A stretch of DNA of 64,000 nucleotides from Monocercomonoides exilis PA203 (lineage: Eukaryota > Protista > Preaxostyla), in the NCBI GenBank assembly GCA_001643675.2, contig LSRY02000003.1, positions 1,116,001-1,180,000 of the forward strand, in the 5' to 3' direction. The notes below the pieces were generated by a model. The model made no database searches and had not been told where the DNA came from. It saw nothing but the letters and a program-made list of their open reading frames with translations. Shown piece after piece: positions 35,152 to 49,800 of this stretch. The translations under genes and the position numbers were made by a program. Numbering within the stretch: the stretch's first letter is position 1; every line of letters starts with the position of its first letter.

Positions 35152-38100
35152 CTAACTTTTTGATTGTATCGAATTCTTTCTCTGACTCTTTTTCCCTTTC
35201 TTTCTTTTCTTTTTTACTTTTTTCTGAGATGTGGTCGTTCCATTTTCAACGCCTAAAGTCGAAGCATTGTCCAATTGGGAATTAAAACATTGTGAAATAA
35301 TATTTGTTTCCGTCAAATTTCCAGCTGAGTTCATCAAAAGGTTATCACTTTGAATATAATCTCCAAGCGAAGAAGCGGAAAACAGTTGCTTCATGACATC
35401 ATCTACAAACGTATTGCATAAATAATCCGACACAGCTGGATCTAATTGTTCAAAAGACGTATGAAAGTTAAATTGAACATTCTCAAATTGATTATTTGAT
35501 GCGTCATTTTCTTTTGCAATCAATTCAGATGGAGATGAATTTGGTACATTTTCTGGAGTATCATTTCTTGTGTAACTTCTCGTTTCATCAAAATTTCCAG
35601 AAAGGATATCTGAATTGGCTAATGATGTACTGTGCATCTGATCATTGAACCGATTAACTTTATCCATTGAAACAAGAATAGGTTGAACAACAATTGTCAA
35701 AACATCTTCTTTTGATGTTTCTTTCAAATGATTCATTGCTAACATTTCCTCATCTTTTGAAATCTTCCCCTTTGATTTCTTCACTTTGTCTTCTTTTGTA
35801 CCACTTACGTTGGCCAGTCGATCTTTTGAATGTCTTCTCTGATGAATTGCAATCGCCACAATTATAGTCACGAAAAGAAGAACCCCAACGACAACAACGA
35901 CAATTATCCACCAATGAAATGGGGCGGCAGAAGCTTTTGCATTATCATTACTCTGATATGAATGATTACCATCTCTTAAAGGAATACTTTCTGTCCTTAC
36001 CACGCAAGTGCCTTTCTGAGACAAATTATCAAAAGTGTCTTCTCTTAATTTCAGCACTGCTTGTACATAGATTGATAAACCTTGATCACTAACAGCAGAT
36101 TCAAGTTGAAATTTTGACGATTCAATCACAAATTCATCTTGGCTCATAAACGTGCATGAAACAAATGGCAACATTTAAACCTGATTTTCTGAAGATGAAT
36201 CAGTCGAGTTCAATAAATAAAGCTCATATGAAACAAGGCAAGGAAGAAGATTTCTTTCAATAAAATTTACAGTCATTTTGTCTCCGTCTTCGCTTCGAGA
36301 AACTGTAGAAATATGTGGTCTGCAAAATAGATACGTTATTTAAGGAAACTCATGAAGCTCGTTCTCATTCGAATTGCATCCTTCGTACAGTTCCAAATCC
36401 GCTATTCCTTTTATTACGCATCCATTGCTCTGAATCCAAAGTTCATCATATTCCCCGTCACTCGTGGCTTCAGGGGTTCTTATTCCAGAGTCTGCTTAAA
36501 TCAAATCATTTGTTAGCTCCCCATTCTCACACATAACATTCCTCTGAACAGAACTGTAGTCTGCAGACTTAATTGTGTTTCCAACAATTGTATCGTTTGT
36601 CAATTGCGTATATCCTCCGACCACAGACAGTGCACCAATGGATGAATTTGCAAAAATCGTTGATTCAATTTCTGAAGTGCAGTTTCTCAGAGTAGCATTT
36701 GATCCATCAAATCTACAGCTAAAATGTTCTTCTTCATTCTCTTCAAAATCCATCTTATTCGCAGAAACAATTGTTATTAACGCTTCAAATCTTGATATCT
36801 TTAATGAGCTGTTTTCGGCATTCAACACTTTTCCATTTTCGGAAGAAATCTTCATATTATGTAACTTTGTATCAGATATTTAACATTTACACCGTTCATA
36901 ACAATAAGTGAGTCAAGGCCATTCACCTTAACATTATTCATGTTGAAGAAACTGATATTTACATTCACAGAAGCCAAAGAATTTTGATTATCTTTAAATA
37001 AAAACGGAGTTACTGAAAATGAAGTTGCAATATTTTCATCCACACATTCAACAAAGTTCATCGACAAATGGCCTCTATCCATTTTCACAAGATGGATCTC
37101 AATGGCTTCGTCTTCTCCAATCGCTGGCCGAATAAATCGGCAGTTGTTAATATTCAGCGCTCCAGACCCGCCTGCGTATATCAGCGCAGAAGGCTCGGCA
37201 TTTGTTCTCATCCCATTCTCTTCAACAGAATCCAACGTCTTCGGGTACATAAACCCCAAATATTGGAATACCACGCTGCTGTAGCACGTAAAAAGGTTGC
37301 TTCCCGGATGGACATCACAATTTATCTCCGCTTCCTCGTTGTTTTCATTCGAATTTCCGATTCCTTCAATTGTAATTATCCTCCCTTCATTCAAAGAAAA
37401 TGCAATCGCTGTTAGTGGCTGTGCATCTTTTATAATCTTGATTGCTCCTCCTCCAGACAGCCAATTTAAAGCTCCAAAAAAACTGCCTTTTGGTGAATCA
37501 AAGCATCCCCCGTCTCCTCTTCCTCCAACTTTAAGATATGTTGTCGTTGTTGAAAGCTGTAAATAACTCGTCGGTGGATCAATATATTCCGTTGTTATAT
37601 CATATCCATTGAATATTATCATCCATTCATTATCTGGACGCTTGAAGCCTGGAAATATCACTTTCAAAAAATGAATATATTCATCTCTTATGTAATCGTG
37701 TGCAATGATTGATAAATAAAATCCAGTATTTTTCTGACGTAATCCAGTTCCTGCAGCACATCCTTCGAAAATCAAACGGTCAACGCCTGTATACATCAAG
37801 TGCGTTCCATTACTTGGGTTATTAATACTCAAATGCAAACCTCCTGAATATCCATGATCGCATTTGCATGATGAAAAGCTTGTTCCATGACTAAATAAAG
37901 GATCGCAGTCAAGACCCATATCAACATAAAGAGCTCCGCAATGACGATCCATCTTCAATTTGCATGAGTTGCATTCTTCGAATGAACAATTACGAATACG
38001 CAAAGTACTTCCCCTTTTTGAAACTTCGCACTGAATATCCATAATACAATCAGCATTTGAAGTGATCTTCTTTAATCTCAAAGAACTCACAGTTGTATAT

Positions 38101-39878
38101 CTTCCATAGTTGCATGGAAAATGAAACGGAGCTGAAGGAAATGCTATCATTTCACTTTCATCAGCGCATTCAACAGTATCAATCGTCAGAAAAGCTGTGC
38201 TGATAGAAACAAAACGGATATTTACAAGATCATTTTTCTTTATAACTGGTCGAATAAAATTGCAATGGTAAATATTCAGAATTGACGAACTACCTCCATC
38301 GCAAATTAATGCAAATGTCTCAGCATTCTTCCCCTTCCTATTTTCTTCAGAAGATTCTAGTGTCTTCGGAAACATTAAATATAAATATCTGAATTCAACA
38401 TCTTGTATGCATGAAAACAGATTACTTCCTGGATGGGCATCACAATTGATCTCTGTCATATCTTTTATTTCCCTGATGTCTGGCCCGTTCACCCCCTCAA
38501 AAATAATGCCTTCACTTTTATCAAATGAAACAGCTTCTGCAATGAGGATATTTGAAGATTTTACAATTTTTATCTGGTACGCATCTTCAACAGGTCTTCC
38601 ATCCAATAATTCTCATGCTTTTCTCAAACTGCTCATCGGGGAGTCAAATGTTTTTCCATCTCCATCTCCTCCAGCTTTCACATATATCATAGTAACTGTG
38701 TCCAAATACATCGAAATAAAATCAATATCGCTTCCATCAGCATCTTTGCCCGCAACAAACCAAGCATAATCTGGCAAAGAATAATTTTCTGCAAAACTAT
38801 ATTTCATCACCTTCGCCATTTCTTTGTGCAAGCCTGTTGGCACCTCAACATATAATCCAGTATTTCTTCTCGATTCTTCCGTTCCTGCTGTGCATCTCTC
38901 AAAAATCAAATTTGCTCCAGAAGGCCATTTAATCTGCGCCGCATCCGCAATGCTTCCTATTTTCAAATAAATGCCTCCAGATTTTCCTTTGCTACACTCA
39001 CATGAAGAAAAGAGCGTTTCCCCGCTATCACGAATTGAAAACGAGAAATCAGCCTGTTCATTTTCAACATAAAGCGCACCGCTATGTGCTTTCCTAGTTC
39101 CTTCGTTTGAATTACATTTTCCAAAGGTACAATTATCTATTGTTATTGCTTGATTTCTGTAATCATAATATGTGCACATCAAAACAGGATCATTACATGA
39201 AGCAATCTTCTTCAAGTTCATTGAAGTTAAACAAAATTCAGTAGCATAATTGAATGAGAACGGTGATGTGGAAAATGAAGTTGTGATATTGCCATCACCA
39301 CATTCAACAAAATTCATCTACAGATGACCTCCATCAATTCTCACGAGATGAATGTTAATAGTTTCGTCTTCTCCAATTGCAGGCCGAATAAATCTACAAT
39401 AAGAAATGTTTAATGTTTCCGAATTAAAAATTCCCTGAATTAGTGAATATGCCCAGTCTTCCATTTCATAATCATTTTCTTCAATTAAATTCAATGTCTT
39501 CGGGAAAATAAACTCCAAATTTCTGAATTCCACACTTCCATAACACTCAAAAAAATCACTTCTCGAATGGACATTACAGTCCATCTTGGAATAATTACAC
39601 TGTTCTTCCGTCTGTGCAATGCCTTCGATTATCAATTTAATTCTTGTTTCAAACCTTATTGATTCAGCGCAAAGTGCTTCTCTCCCACAAATAATGTAAA
39701 TGCAGCATCTATCAATATCAATATATTCGGTAAGTGATTCGTATGCTTCTTTCAAACTCCCAGTTGGTGTTTCAAAACTCGAGCCATTTCCATGACTACC
39801 GCTCTTAACGTATTTTTCCTTCATTTCTTGTTGCGCCAAAGAAAATGCGAATAGAACAAAATACTGATAAAACTTCAT
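35152..39878 (-). pseudogene. Large surface/membrane protein with three internal repeats; nonsense codons and frameshifts
   Basis: Signal peptide MKFYQYFVLFAFSLA; three repeats of Y(V/L)KxGxxGxGxxFxxP..CD(V/A)HPGSNLFxC..FPKTL..CRFIRPAIGEDE; TAG at 39318-39320 where the paralogous repeat has TCG; TGA at 38613-38615; frameshifts near 36850 and 36500; family motif CRFDGS..YSSVQRNVMC; TM WWIIVVVVVGVLLFVTIIVAIAI; basic tail, no kinase lobe. Confidence 0.8.
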
Positions 39879-40222
39879 TGACTCTGTGATTTTCAATTGT
39901 TAATTAATAATAATTTTTATTTAATAATGCAATTGATGATCCAAATCGAATATAATATCAACAAACCTCAAAGAAAGCACACTGCTTTCAAGAAACAAAA
40001 TACATTTTTCATCACTTTTCCAATGTGATAAATAATTCTCTGAACTTCTTTACAAATAAACGGAAAAATATCATTTTTTTTTTTTTTGCAAAATACAACT
40101 GCCCTTTCAATTGAAATTTTTTTAAAATTTTATTCTTCCTTATGACAAACATAACTTTCAATGTTTTTCATTTTTTCATCAAAATCTAAAAAAAATTGGA
40201 AACATACACTTGAAGTTAAAAA

Positions 40223-43200
40223 TCATTGAGGTGATCTTGGTGTTATGGTGGAAGTAGGAGAAACTGGTGGTTGAGATGAAGTGTTTTGGGGAAGCAAACT
40301 GATAAGTGGCGAGCCAAATTCCAGCAAATATGCAGAAATCTTTCCGATCTGTGTTGCCATCACAGAAGGAGGAGGAGACTCCTGACGAAGAAGAACAAGC
40401 AGAGCTCGCTAATAAATGTTAATAAAAAAAAGTGTTATGAGTTTACAAATTAAATGATGAATAAAAAGAAAAAATGAATAAAAATAACATTTTGTGGTTT
40501 CGAAAACATGAGGGAAGAAAAGATTTTTGAAAAATTCAAAAGAAAAGAAAATGTCAAAATATTCTTTCAAAAGAAAAAAATAATACTCTCAAAATAATGA
40601 ATAGCAAGCACAGTAGATCATCATCTATTTTACCTCTATTAATAAATAAATTTTAAAAAAATACTTCTCCAATCTAATCTCTTTCCCTTCATCTCTCATC
40701 CCTCATCCCTTCGCCTCCCCACACCTGCACAATCGCATTCATTTCCTCGCTCGAGAACAGCGCATGCATCGGAGCAGAGGCCGATGCCGTGTCGTCCTCC
40801 AGAAATTCCATCTCCAGCACCCCCGACGCATGCTTCCTGCGGTGCTCCTTCAGCTTCTCCCTCACAAGAGCCACTCTCAACTTCTCTGGGAAAGGGGGCA
40901 GACGCTTCGGCAGACTGAAAGAGCGCATCGCCTCGCGCGACAGCCGCTGCGTCTGCAGCTTCAGCACCTGCACTGCACACCACCGCACAAAGTCCTCTCC
41001 ACCTTCCACAGCAAAATACGATATCCGCTTCTTCTTCTTCTGCGCTGCATTTTCGTCCTCTTTATCTGCCCTTCGCGTCGTCGTGCCCCTGTTCCGCTTA
41101 GTTTCCTCGCCTTTCTCTTTTCCTGCACCCAGCAGCTTCTCATCCACTCCAGACACTCCGCCAACCATCCCGTCGTTCTCTGCGTTCTTCAGCGTTATCC
41201 CCTTCCCAAACACAGTAATCGCCTTCTCCACATTCCCTCCCACCACATCCAGAATGTTCCTCATCTCCTTCTTGATGTCTTCTGCCAATCCCAGCCAGTA
41301 CTTGTCGAACTGCAGCAGCAATAACTCCAGTCTGCACAAGCTAATCAACAGAAACCCTTTCGCCAGCCGCTCTGCCTGAATAACAGTGTATCTGTACTTC
41401 TTCAGCATCGCCACCATGTGCCCCGACCTCTTCACATGCCTCATAAACTCCAACAGCACAACCGACGTGTTTCTCTTCTCCGCGCGCTTCCTCTGCACTG
41501 CATGGACCATCACGCTCTGTGCCAGCTCCTCTGCAACCGAGTCTGTCTGCCTTGACACCATCGCCCTGATTCGCCACTCGCTCTGCTGTGTCAGCTGGTG
41601 CTGCTCCTGCAGGTTGCGGTAGAGCGTCACTGCGCGGTGCTCCTTCAAAGCCGTCTCAAAAACAGACAGACGCGCAAACAGACGCACAATCGAGTCCCAC
41701 TGTCGCAGGCGCTGCGCGCAGCGGTAGACTTCGGGGTTGCGCTTGAGATAGGCTTCGCGCTGTGGAGATGGGGTTGGAAAAAAAGAGAGAAAGAGAAAGA
41801 AAAGAGTTAAATGTAAAAAATGAAATGAAATTGAAGAAGTTAAAAAAAAAACATTTGAAATTCATATGAATTTTAAAATTAACTAATTGATCAAACCTGA
41901 GAGCGTTTTGAGACGGCGTCGAAGTGGATCTTTTTCCATTGCAGTCTTTGGATCATCTCTTCCATCAGCTCTGCTCTTCGTTGCGCACTGTTTTGCTGCC
42001 GCTGCATTCGATCGTTGTACTATGTGAGATTAAACAAACAGAAAAAAAGGATTAATCCAAATGCACAACAAAGAAAGAACAAAACAATGGAATTAAAAAA
42101 TAGAATAACGGTTTGTGATAATAAGGAAACAATAAATTAGCCTGTTGATAGTTACAAAGTACTGTGCTCTTCACTTTATTTCGCTTTAAAAATCTATTTC
42201 TCTGCTTTCCTCCTTCACACACATACACACAACACACACACTCTCTTTCTCTCTCAGCAATTTTTCTAAATATTAAAGCAAAAATCCTTCTTCTTCCTCT
42301 TCTTCTCGCATACATATTCTTTCAGCCTTTGCCTCTTCTCTTCAGCTGTTTCAACGCTCCCGTCCTTCTTGATTCCGCCTGTCTGCAGCCCCAAGCTCTC
42401 CTTTTCCCTCAGCCTCCGCTCTGCTTCTCTTTCGCGCTCCCTCCGCTTCCTCTCTCGCTCCGCCTGCCGCTCTTTCTTCCGCCTCTCCAAATACTCCTCG
42501 ATGTTCTTCGAGTATCGTGCCTGCTCTTCTGGATGGTCCCTCAGGTAGTTTATCGTCTTTCCAATGTTCCCGTCAAACTTGTCCACAAACAGCCGCACGG
42601 CGCCAGAGTTCCGATCTTCCCTCTCATCGCCGTCTTTCTCTCCGCTTTCTTCTTTTTCTCGTTCTCGTTCTCTCTCTCTTTCTCGTTCCCTATCAATTTT
42701 TTGCTCTCCGGTCAATCCATAAACAGACGTATCAATGCGTTGCATGTGGGGATTTGTTGGAGAATATCTCGATGCAGTTGAAGCACGAAGCACTTCAAAA
42801 GTTGCAAAAGAAAATAAAATGAAAAAGTCAAAATAAAAATAATCATTATCTGATAATCATAAATTTTTATATATTTCACATATTACTTTGAATACAAAAA
42901 TGAAAATTTCTCTATTTCTAATTATTAATTTATAATCTGTTGTACCAATTATTTTATTCATGAAAATAGAAATAGTTCTTTTTAAGATTTCAACTTTAGC
43001 ATACAATCAGGTGTTTGCGTTTTCTTTGGAGTGTAAGAAGAGAATGCTCGTCGGTGAAGGTTGCTTGAATGAGAAGGAATGTATCTGCTTCCATTCGTTC
43101 CCATAGGTGAAGTGGAAATCGCTTGATATGGTGAAGTGGATGAGGATGTTGATGAATGAGATGGTGTTCGCGGAGAAAGTGAAGTTGGTTTTTGATCTTT

Positions 43201-43788
43201 ATTTCATTGAATGGAAGAAAACATCAAAATGGAAATTTCATATAAAATTCAATTTTAATCAAAAATTATCTAATGTTGTAATATGTTATTTATTTACCTA
43301 TTAACGTTAACATTTCTTTGGCCATGCTGTCAATTTCTGCCCTTGACACTGCATCCGAATCAGAACGACCAGAAAATGTACCAAAAGTAGTGTTTTGCTG
43401 GGAAGAGAGTTGTATAGTCTGATCCAATGCTGAAAGAGTTTGCAAAATTTGTGATTGCCCGCTGGAAATGAGCTGATCAAAAGGAGTTGAACCCTAAATG
43501 AAGAATATAAATCAAAAAATTAATAGAAGATATGTTTAAAAATTTCAAAATATCTTCTTCATCACACAAGCAACTCTTCTGAATTTCTTGTTTTTGGAGA
43601 TAAAGATACAGTTGATGCTGTATGTCGAATTGGTTTTGAAGAAGGACTCTTTGGACTGTTTCGAAAGTCGCTACTGGTTGATAATTTTTTCTGCAACGAT
43701 TTTTCTAATAATAAATAAATGAAATTCATTTTAAGCGGCAATGGATCAAACCTTGCAAAGGTTCGGGCCTATGTGATTGATAACTCAT
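40223..43788 (-). CDS. Hypothetical coiled-coil protein, 8 exons, 794 aa, possible IQ-like motif
   Basis: join(43788-43752, 43704-43568, 43493-43298, 43196-43005, 42792-42314, 42019-41897, 41759-40725, 40408-40223). All introns are GT..AG, phases are consistent and the total is 2385 nt. S/P-rich N-terminus, E/R coiled coils, VIQAERLAKGFL. Confidence 0.75.
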
Positions 43789-44134
43789 TATTTTCAAATC
43801 TTGTCAAAAAATTATTATAGAAAGGGAAAAATGTAACTAATTCTTAATTTCATGCCTCACTCATAAATGTTTTATTCAGAAAACTCCTTAAAAATAAAAT
43901 TTAAAGCGATTTTCGAAAGAAATTCAAAGAAACCAACAATATTCTAACAACTATGGTCAATTTGATCTTTTTCAAAAAGATAATATTTAAAGAAGCTTAA
44001 TTATATTTTTTGTTTTCAATACTGATCATTTAGATGTTGTTGCGATTTGACAAAACGTATGTTCCTTTGTGACTGATGACAAACAAAATTGGTTTTCTGA
44101 CGGACCGAGTAATAGACACAATGAGAAGAGAAAT

Positions 44135-44290
44135 GTTTAATTCGAATTAAAACAACTTATTCAAATAAACAAAGTTTATTCAGAATAAATTGTTTTTATT
44201 GGAATAAACTGGTGTTATCTGGAATAAACTGTAATTATTCGAATAATAATATTTATTTCAATAAAAATTTCTTATTCCGATACCATCTAA
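44135..44290. repeat. ~20-nt degenerate tandem repeat (TTATT(C/G)(G/A)AATAAAC units)
   Basis: Several units seen; related to 21390-21510. Flanked by a short inverted pair CTGACGGACCGA (44097) / TCGGACCGTCAG (44435). Confidence 0.55.
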
Positions 44291-45122
44291 TATTATTCAC
44301 GTGAGAACCTTAATTATAAAAACAATAATTTTTAATACAAATATTATCAAATATAACAAGAATAAGTGAAGAATAAAAACACATTTTTTGAAAAGGATAT
44401 TGACAAAAAATACATATTTGAAATGAATTGATCATCGGACCGTCAGTGAAGTCAGTGAAATCATTGACTGTCAATGGAGTCGGAATCCATCAGGTAAGAT
44501 ATTTTTATTTTGTTTATGAAACATTGTGAAGTTTGAAATGAAAAAGATAAAATGAATAAATGGGTTATTATTATTGAATTCATAACTTTTTTTGGTGAAT
44601 TGATTGTTTGAAAAATTGGGTGATTTTTTTTGATATGGGGCATAATTTTTTAATTTATGAAAAAAAACATGTTTTGCTCCAAACTTATTCTGCACACATA
44701 TCACAATGTTTATAACATTATTATGCAAAAAAATATTTGAAATGGAATCCATAATAATAATTTATTTTCATTTTTGAAAACAAATGTGTTTTTAAAAGAA
44801 ATATCAGGAGAATATTCATGAAAGGTGTGATTTGAATATTGTTTGCATTATAATATTATTTGAACAGGTATAGAAGTTTCACTGAATTGTCATTGCTTCT
44901 TTTATTGATTTCATATTTACAGGAACTATCTGCGTTTAATTATTGCAACAGAATGTGGAAATTTTGTTTATTCGAACTGAAAATTGGATGAAGACACAAT
45001 TGCGTGAAGATTTGTTGGATTCTCAAAATTTTCAAGAAAAAATTAAAAGAAGAAGAAAAATCACTGTTTGTATGGAAATAGCTTCCTTTCTTTCTTTATC
45101 ATTATCTTTAACATTTTCATCA

Positions 45123-48100
45123 TCAAAATGACTGCGAAATGATCGAATTAAATGCATCTTCTTGTGAAATTGGAACAGATGGAAGCGAAATTGTGAAAAA
45201 GGATGAATCCGAAGCAAAAAGAGGAGTCGGATTCGTTCCTTTCAAAATCATAAGAATGGAGAGAGAAGCAGACGCAGGCGGAGATGGGGCATTATACAGA
45301 AAAGAAATGAGAGAGGTCAACAACGCCATTGCTGCTTCACGTGGAACAGGAGGCAGCTCATCCTGACAAGCACTGTTAACATCCAGAGGAGCAAGAAAAT
45401 ACAGCGACTTCACTGCATATGTCCACTTTCCCGACTGCTTTGACAGAGAAGGAGAAAGAAAGTCCTGGCAGCGCTGAGGGTTATTGGCAAGGAGGAGCAG
45501 CCAAGAGCAAACAGGAGACAGAAAGCAAGCATCGCACAGGAAGGCGAACAGAGGGACGAATAAGATGGCTTTCTTCTGCTTGGCAGGCAGAAGATCGAGA
45601 AGCGATGTGAAGACAAAGAAGAGCTGCTGGAGCAGAATGGAGAGGTGCTGCTGTGACAGAGAGGCGTCTGCTTTGGACAAATACACTGAGACTGACTTCA
45701 GAACAGCCGAAAGTGCGCAGAGGGGCACGCGGAAAAAACACAAGCACAACTGAGTGTCTTCGCAGCGTAAGAGAAAGGACTTCACAATCGACGGAGCGCA
45801 TGCAATGTCTTCAACCCCAGATTGTTCAGCTCCGCAGCAGTCATTGTATTCACTGCGGTAGATGCAGTTGAACTCTTCTGGTTTTGCTTCCGGGAAAGGC
45901 AGGCGTCTCGCTTTTTTGCTTCTCCGCTGAGCAACTAAGTTGTGATGTTCTTGATCAGTTTGAACGACAAGTCTGGCGAGCGGACTAGAATCTGCTCCAA
46001 CTCCATGTTCAACTGCATAAACACAGCATTGTGCACAGAATGAGAGAACGAATAATGCAAATAACTCACACAAAAAATTTCAAGATGTGCAAAAAATTCG
46101 TATCAACATTTTGAACATTCAGAACACGCATAGCCATAGAAGCTGAGGCAGATGAGGATGAAGATGATGAGCTTTTGCCAGCAAGTTTCGTTTTAATCAA
46201 AGATGAAACAGTTGTTGCAGATGAAGCTCCAGTTGAAGATGATCTGGGATTAGTGACTGTTGTTGCTGCTTCCTCCTCTTCAGCATATTGTTCGCATCCA
46301 AACTGCTCAAACAGCCTTCTCACAAACACAAAGAATGTGTTTGAGAAGATCTGCCTGTCTTTCACGATGCTCAGCTGTCTCACCAACACACTCTCATCCA
46401 CACTGCTCATCCCATCTGAAGATGATTTCATTAACGAATGATCTGTCAAGGTGGAATCTGCGAATACATCGTCATTCAAAGTAGAACACATCTTCAGCGG
46501 ATACGGGTGGTGCGGTGGAGGATGCATTGCGAAAAAAGGAAAAGATCCGATTGCTTGCGATACAGTAAGAGGCAGATGGTTTTCTCTTGTCATTTCTATC
46601 AGCTTTGCCTGTGGAATCTGGCTGAGAAGCTGGCGCTGAGGCTCCAGTCGTCCACAGGCTACATCCGCTCGTAGATGAGGATGTATGCCGAGTACGGCTT
46701 GACCGTGTCCGCCTCGCTCAGCAGGCCTAGGCGCTTGTTCTTGAGGATCTCGGGATCGGTCAGCGCGGTGTCGTCCAGGAAGCTCACTCCAAAGGCCTCT
46801 GCTTTTAGTGTCTCGATAGCAGGAGAAGGGAGCAGCCTAACTCTGTCGTCGTTGAACTCGTTCCACTGGTGCGGCGCATCTCTTTCTCGTACAAATGAGA
46901 TGGTGTGTCCAGCATTGGCTGTGCCCGAGTGGTTGATGATTCCCTGCAGACGGTATTTGCAGTAGCTTTCCGGACGCAGCTTGTCTTTTCTTTCGTTGGA
47001 ATGCGACACCTGCAGATTCTTCAGATTCTCTTTGCTTCCAATCTTTTCCAACATGATTTCTGTGTCAGCTTTGGTTAACCGCTTCACACTGCTTAGTTTT
47101 TCTTCCCTCACATGCATCGCCTCCCACGTAAATGGCTCGAGATCCAAGTCCTCCTCAATGGGGAACTCAAACTTGTCGTTGATCTTCGCTCTGTTCCCAG
47201 TCAGCAGCTGGTAGTCAAAACGCCTGAGAAAAATAATGAGTGTATTCGGCAGGTCTCTCAGAACTGTTCGGTTGATCACATCAACCTTATGATACTTGCC
47301 ACACTCTTCGCATTCGTAATCCTCAATCTTCGACCCAACCGCCATCGACGTCAACGATTCCGCCAGGCTCTTCTTCCCTTTCACTTCTCCCTCAAGTGCA
47401 TAGAAGCCATCCGAATGCCACCGCTCGTGCCCGTATCTACAGACATGCAGGTTCATCGTGGTGCCCTTCAAAAAGCGCCTGAAAATGTTTGGAGCTGCCA
47501 CCGCGTCCAGATGCATCTCCGGCTTGTCCACAAGACACATGAAGAACTCGTGGATGTTACAATGCACGCCATTCACCACCTGCTTCCTGTCTTGTTCGAG
47601 ATATTCCTCCAGAAACTGCTCAGCATCAATGAACTCCTTCCTGTTCGAGTTGTCCTGCAGCTCCCAGAAGAGATAGCGTACAGCTCTCCACACAGCGCTG
47701 TTCTGCACTTTCTCCTCCTCTGTCACGCTGCGCAGCCGCATCTCTGCCATCTTCGCCTCCAGCTCGTCTGGTGGGCGTGTGCTTGTTTCTTTGCTCTTCT
47801 TCCACTCACTCAGCACATCTGCTTGTGAAGGTCTTGCCAGCTTCTCCAGGGCGCTTCCTTGAAACTGCTCGCCTTCCCACAGAAGAAGCGTGGAGCGCAG
47901 CTGCGTGTGCATAAACAGCTGTTCAAACAGCGAGTTTATGCAGCACAGCGTGCCTGGATTCACAATCCCCCTGTATTTAACCTCTTCGCTTTTCTCAACC
48001 TTTTTCTCCTTCTTGTGCGACTTTGAAATCTGCTCGGCGGGTGTGAAGTGGAAAGACGTGTACGTGTTCTTGTCGTTCATCGTCTGCGTCTCATTCAAAA

Positions 48101-49800
48101 GATGCAGCAGACGCTCTGTGTTTGCCTCATTCCCGCTGCACAGTGCAGCAATCAGACTCAAAATGGCCTTCCTGCTCTCTTCGTCTGCCACAAAATGGCT
48201 CTGAATGAGTACCACTTCAGAGTTGCTACGTGAATGCGACGAGGTCATCTTCCTCTGCGAATCGCGCTGTGCAATGTTTGAGGGCAAATATGAAGAAGAA
48301 GAAGAAACAGAAGCAGAAGGACTGCGCAGCATCTTCTTCCCAGCCATTCCTGGAGGTGAAGCACCCGTGGAAGCAGCAACAGCATTGAATCCAGCAACCA
48401 GCTTGTCCATCCACAGATAATCAATGAGCATCAGCCCAAAGGACTTCTCCGGCAGCTTCAAGCCAACTTCTGTTTTGATCCATCTTTCCAGTTTCCTCAA
48501 ATTATTTTCTGTTGTCCGGTTGCATGCGCAATGAAGCTGAGAAAGCTCGTTCAGAATGACTCTCAGAGCCACTGAGACAGGCAGAAGAGACAGCTGGCGC
48601 TTCTTTGTGAGATTGTTCAGAGAAGACGATGAAGAGGAAGAGGAAGTGGTGGAGGAAGAAGAAGGTGATGCTCCTGACAATTCATTGATGTCCTTATCAT
48701 CATCATCATCATCACCTCCCACTGACAGACACCTCGGAACATCCATAATCACATCTGCCTGGTATTTTATAACAGCGCCAAGAGACTTAGCCACTCTTGC
48801 TGGTATTATCCCTGGCCACTTCATGTTTTTTTCGTTATTGTTCAGTGCAGAATTCAGCAGCTCAAAGAGTGAAGAGAACAAGACAGCAACGTGGAGCTTC
48901 TGCATTCCCCGAGGCAAACAGGGACTGCCGAGAACGATGGAGGTTGAGGATATGTCCAGGAAGGAGGAGAGGAGAGAGACAAGAAGCGGCTCGTGTGGTG
49001 TGGAAGAAGAGCTGAAAGGTGAAAGAGCGTAAAGAGAATTGAAGAATGAAGAAGAAGAAGAAGGAGAAGATGAAGAAATAGGCAGTGTAACAATAGCATT
49101 TAAAAAAGCAAAAGCAGAAAGTGGCTGAATGACGTCAGCAGTGTCTGCAACAGCGCAGAAGAAGAGAAAGAGAAATGGCTCGAATGCACTTGAAAGCAGA
49201 AGAGGAAGGACAAAAGAAGAGAACGAGCGGATCATCACGATGAGCAAAGCAAACAGCTGCTGAAGGGTTTCTTCGTCGCGTTCAAAGGAAGATGGAAGAG
49301 TTTCAGTAGAAACAGAGTTTGGCTACTGAGAGGAATGTCCGAAGGAGGAAAACAAGGAAGAGGAGGAAGACGATGATAATAATGAGGAGGAGGAGGAGGA
49401 TGAGACAGAATGTGAAGATAAGTCATTTGAAGAGAAGCTGACAAGAACTCTTGCTAAATCCAGATAAGATTCAATGAGTGTTGTTGATGAAACATCTGGC
49501 CTCTTTACCAAAGAATAATCAGGAGCAGATGCAGAAGAAGAGGAAGGAGAAGAAGAAGGAAATAGCAGAAGATCGAAAGTTTCCTCGAAAGGAGTGAGAA
49601 GCACACAGAACAGAGCGAAAAGCGCGCGAAAGAGAGAAAAAGAAGATGGAACTTGTGATGGACAGCGACGACACACTCGCAAAAGAGGCACAGATGATAG
49701 CGATGGCAGAGAACCCGCTTCTTGCACGCATTCTGATGCAGCTGGTGAATCAATACGGCAAAATCTAGATGATCTCCCCGAAGAAGAAGAAGGGTGTGGC
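45123..49800 (-). pseudogene. Ubiquitin-specific protease (peptidase C19, large USP9/24/34-like architecture), fragmented
   Basis: ORF 49247-46659 has Cys box GIVNPGTLCCINSLFEQLF, HCNIHEFF, YECEEC, LPNTLIIFLRRFDY..KINDKFEFP, His box YRLQGIINHSGTANAGHTISF..WNEFNDDRV and SAYILIYER. Flanking coding-like segments are in other frames or stopped, and consensus residues are eroded. Confidence 0.75.
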
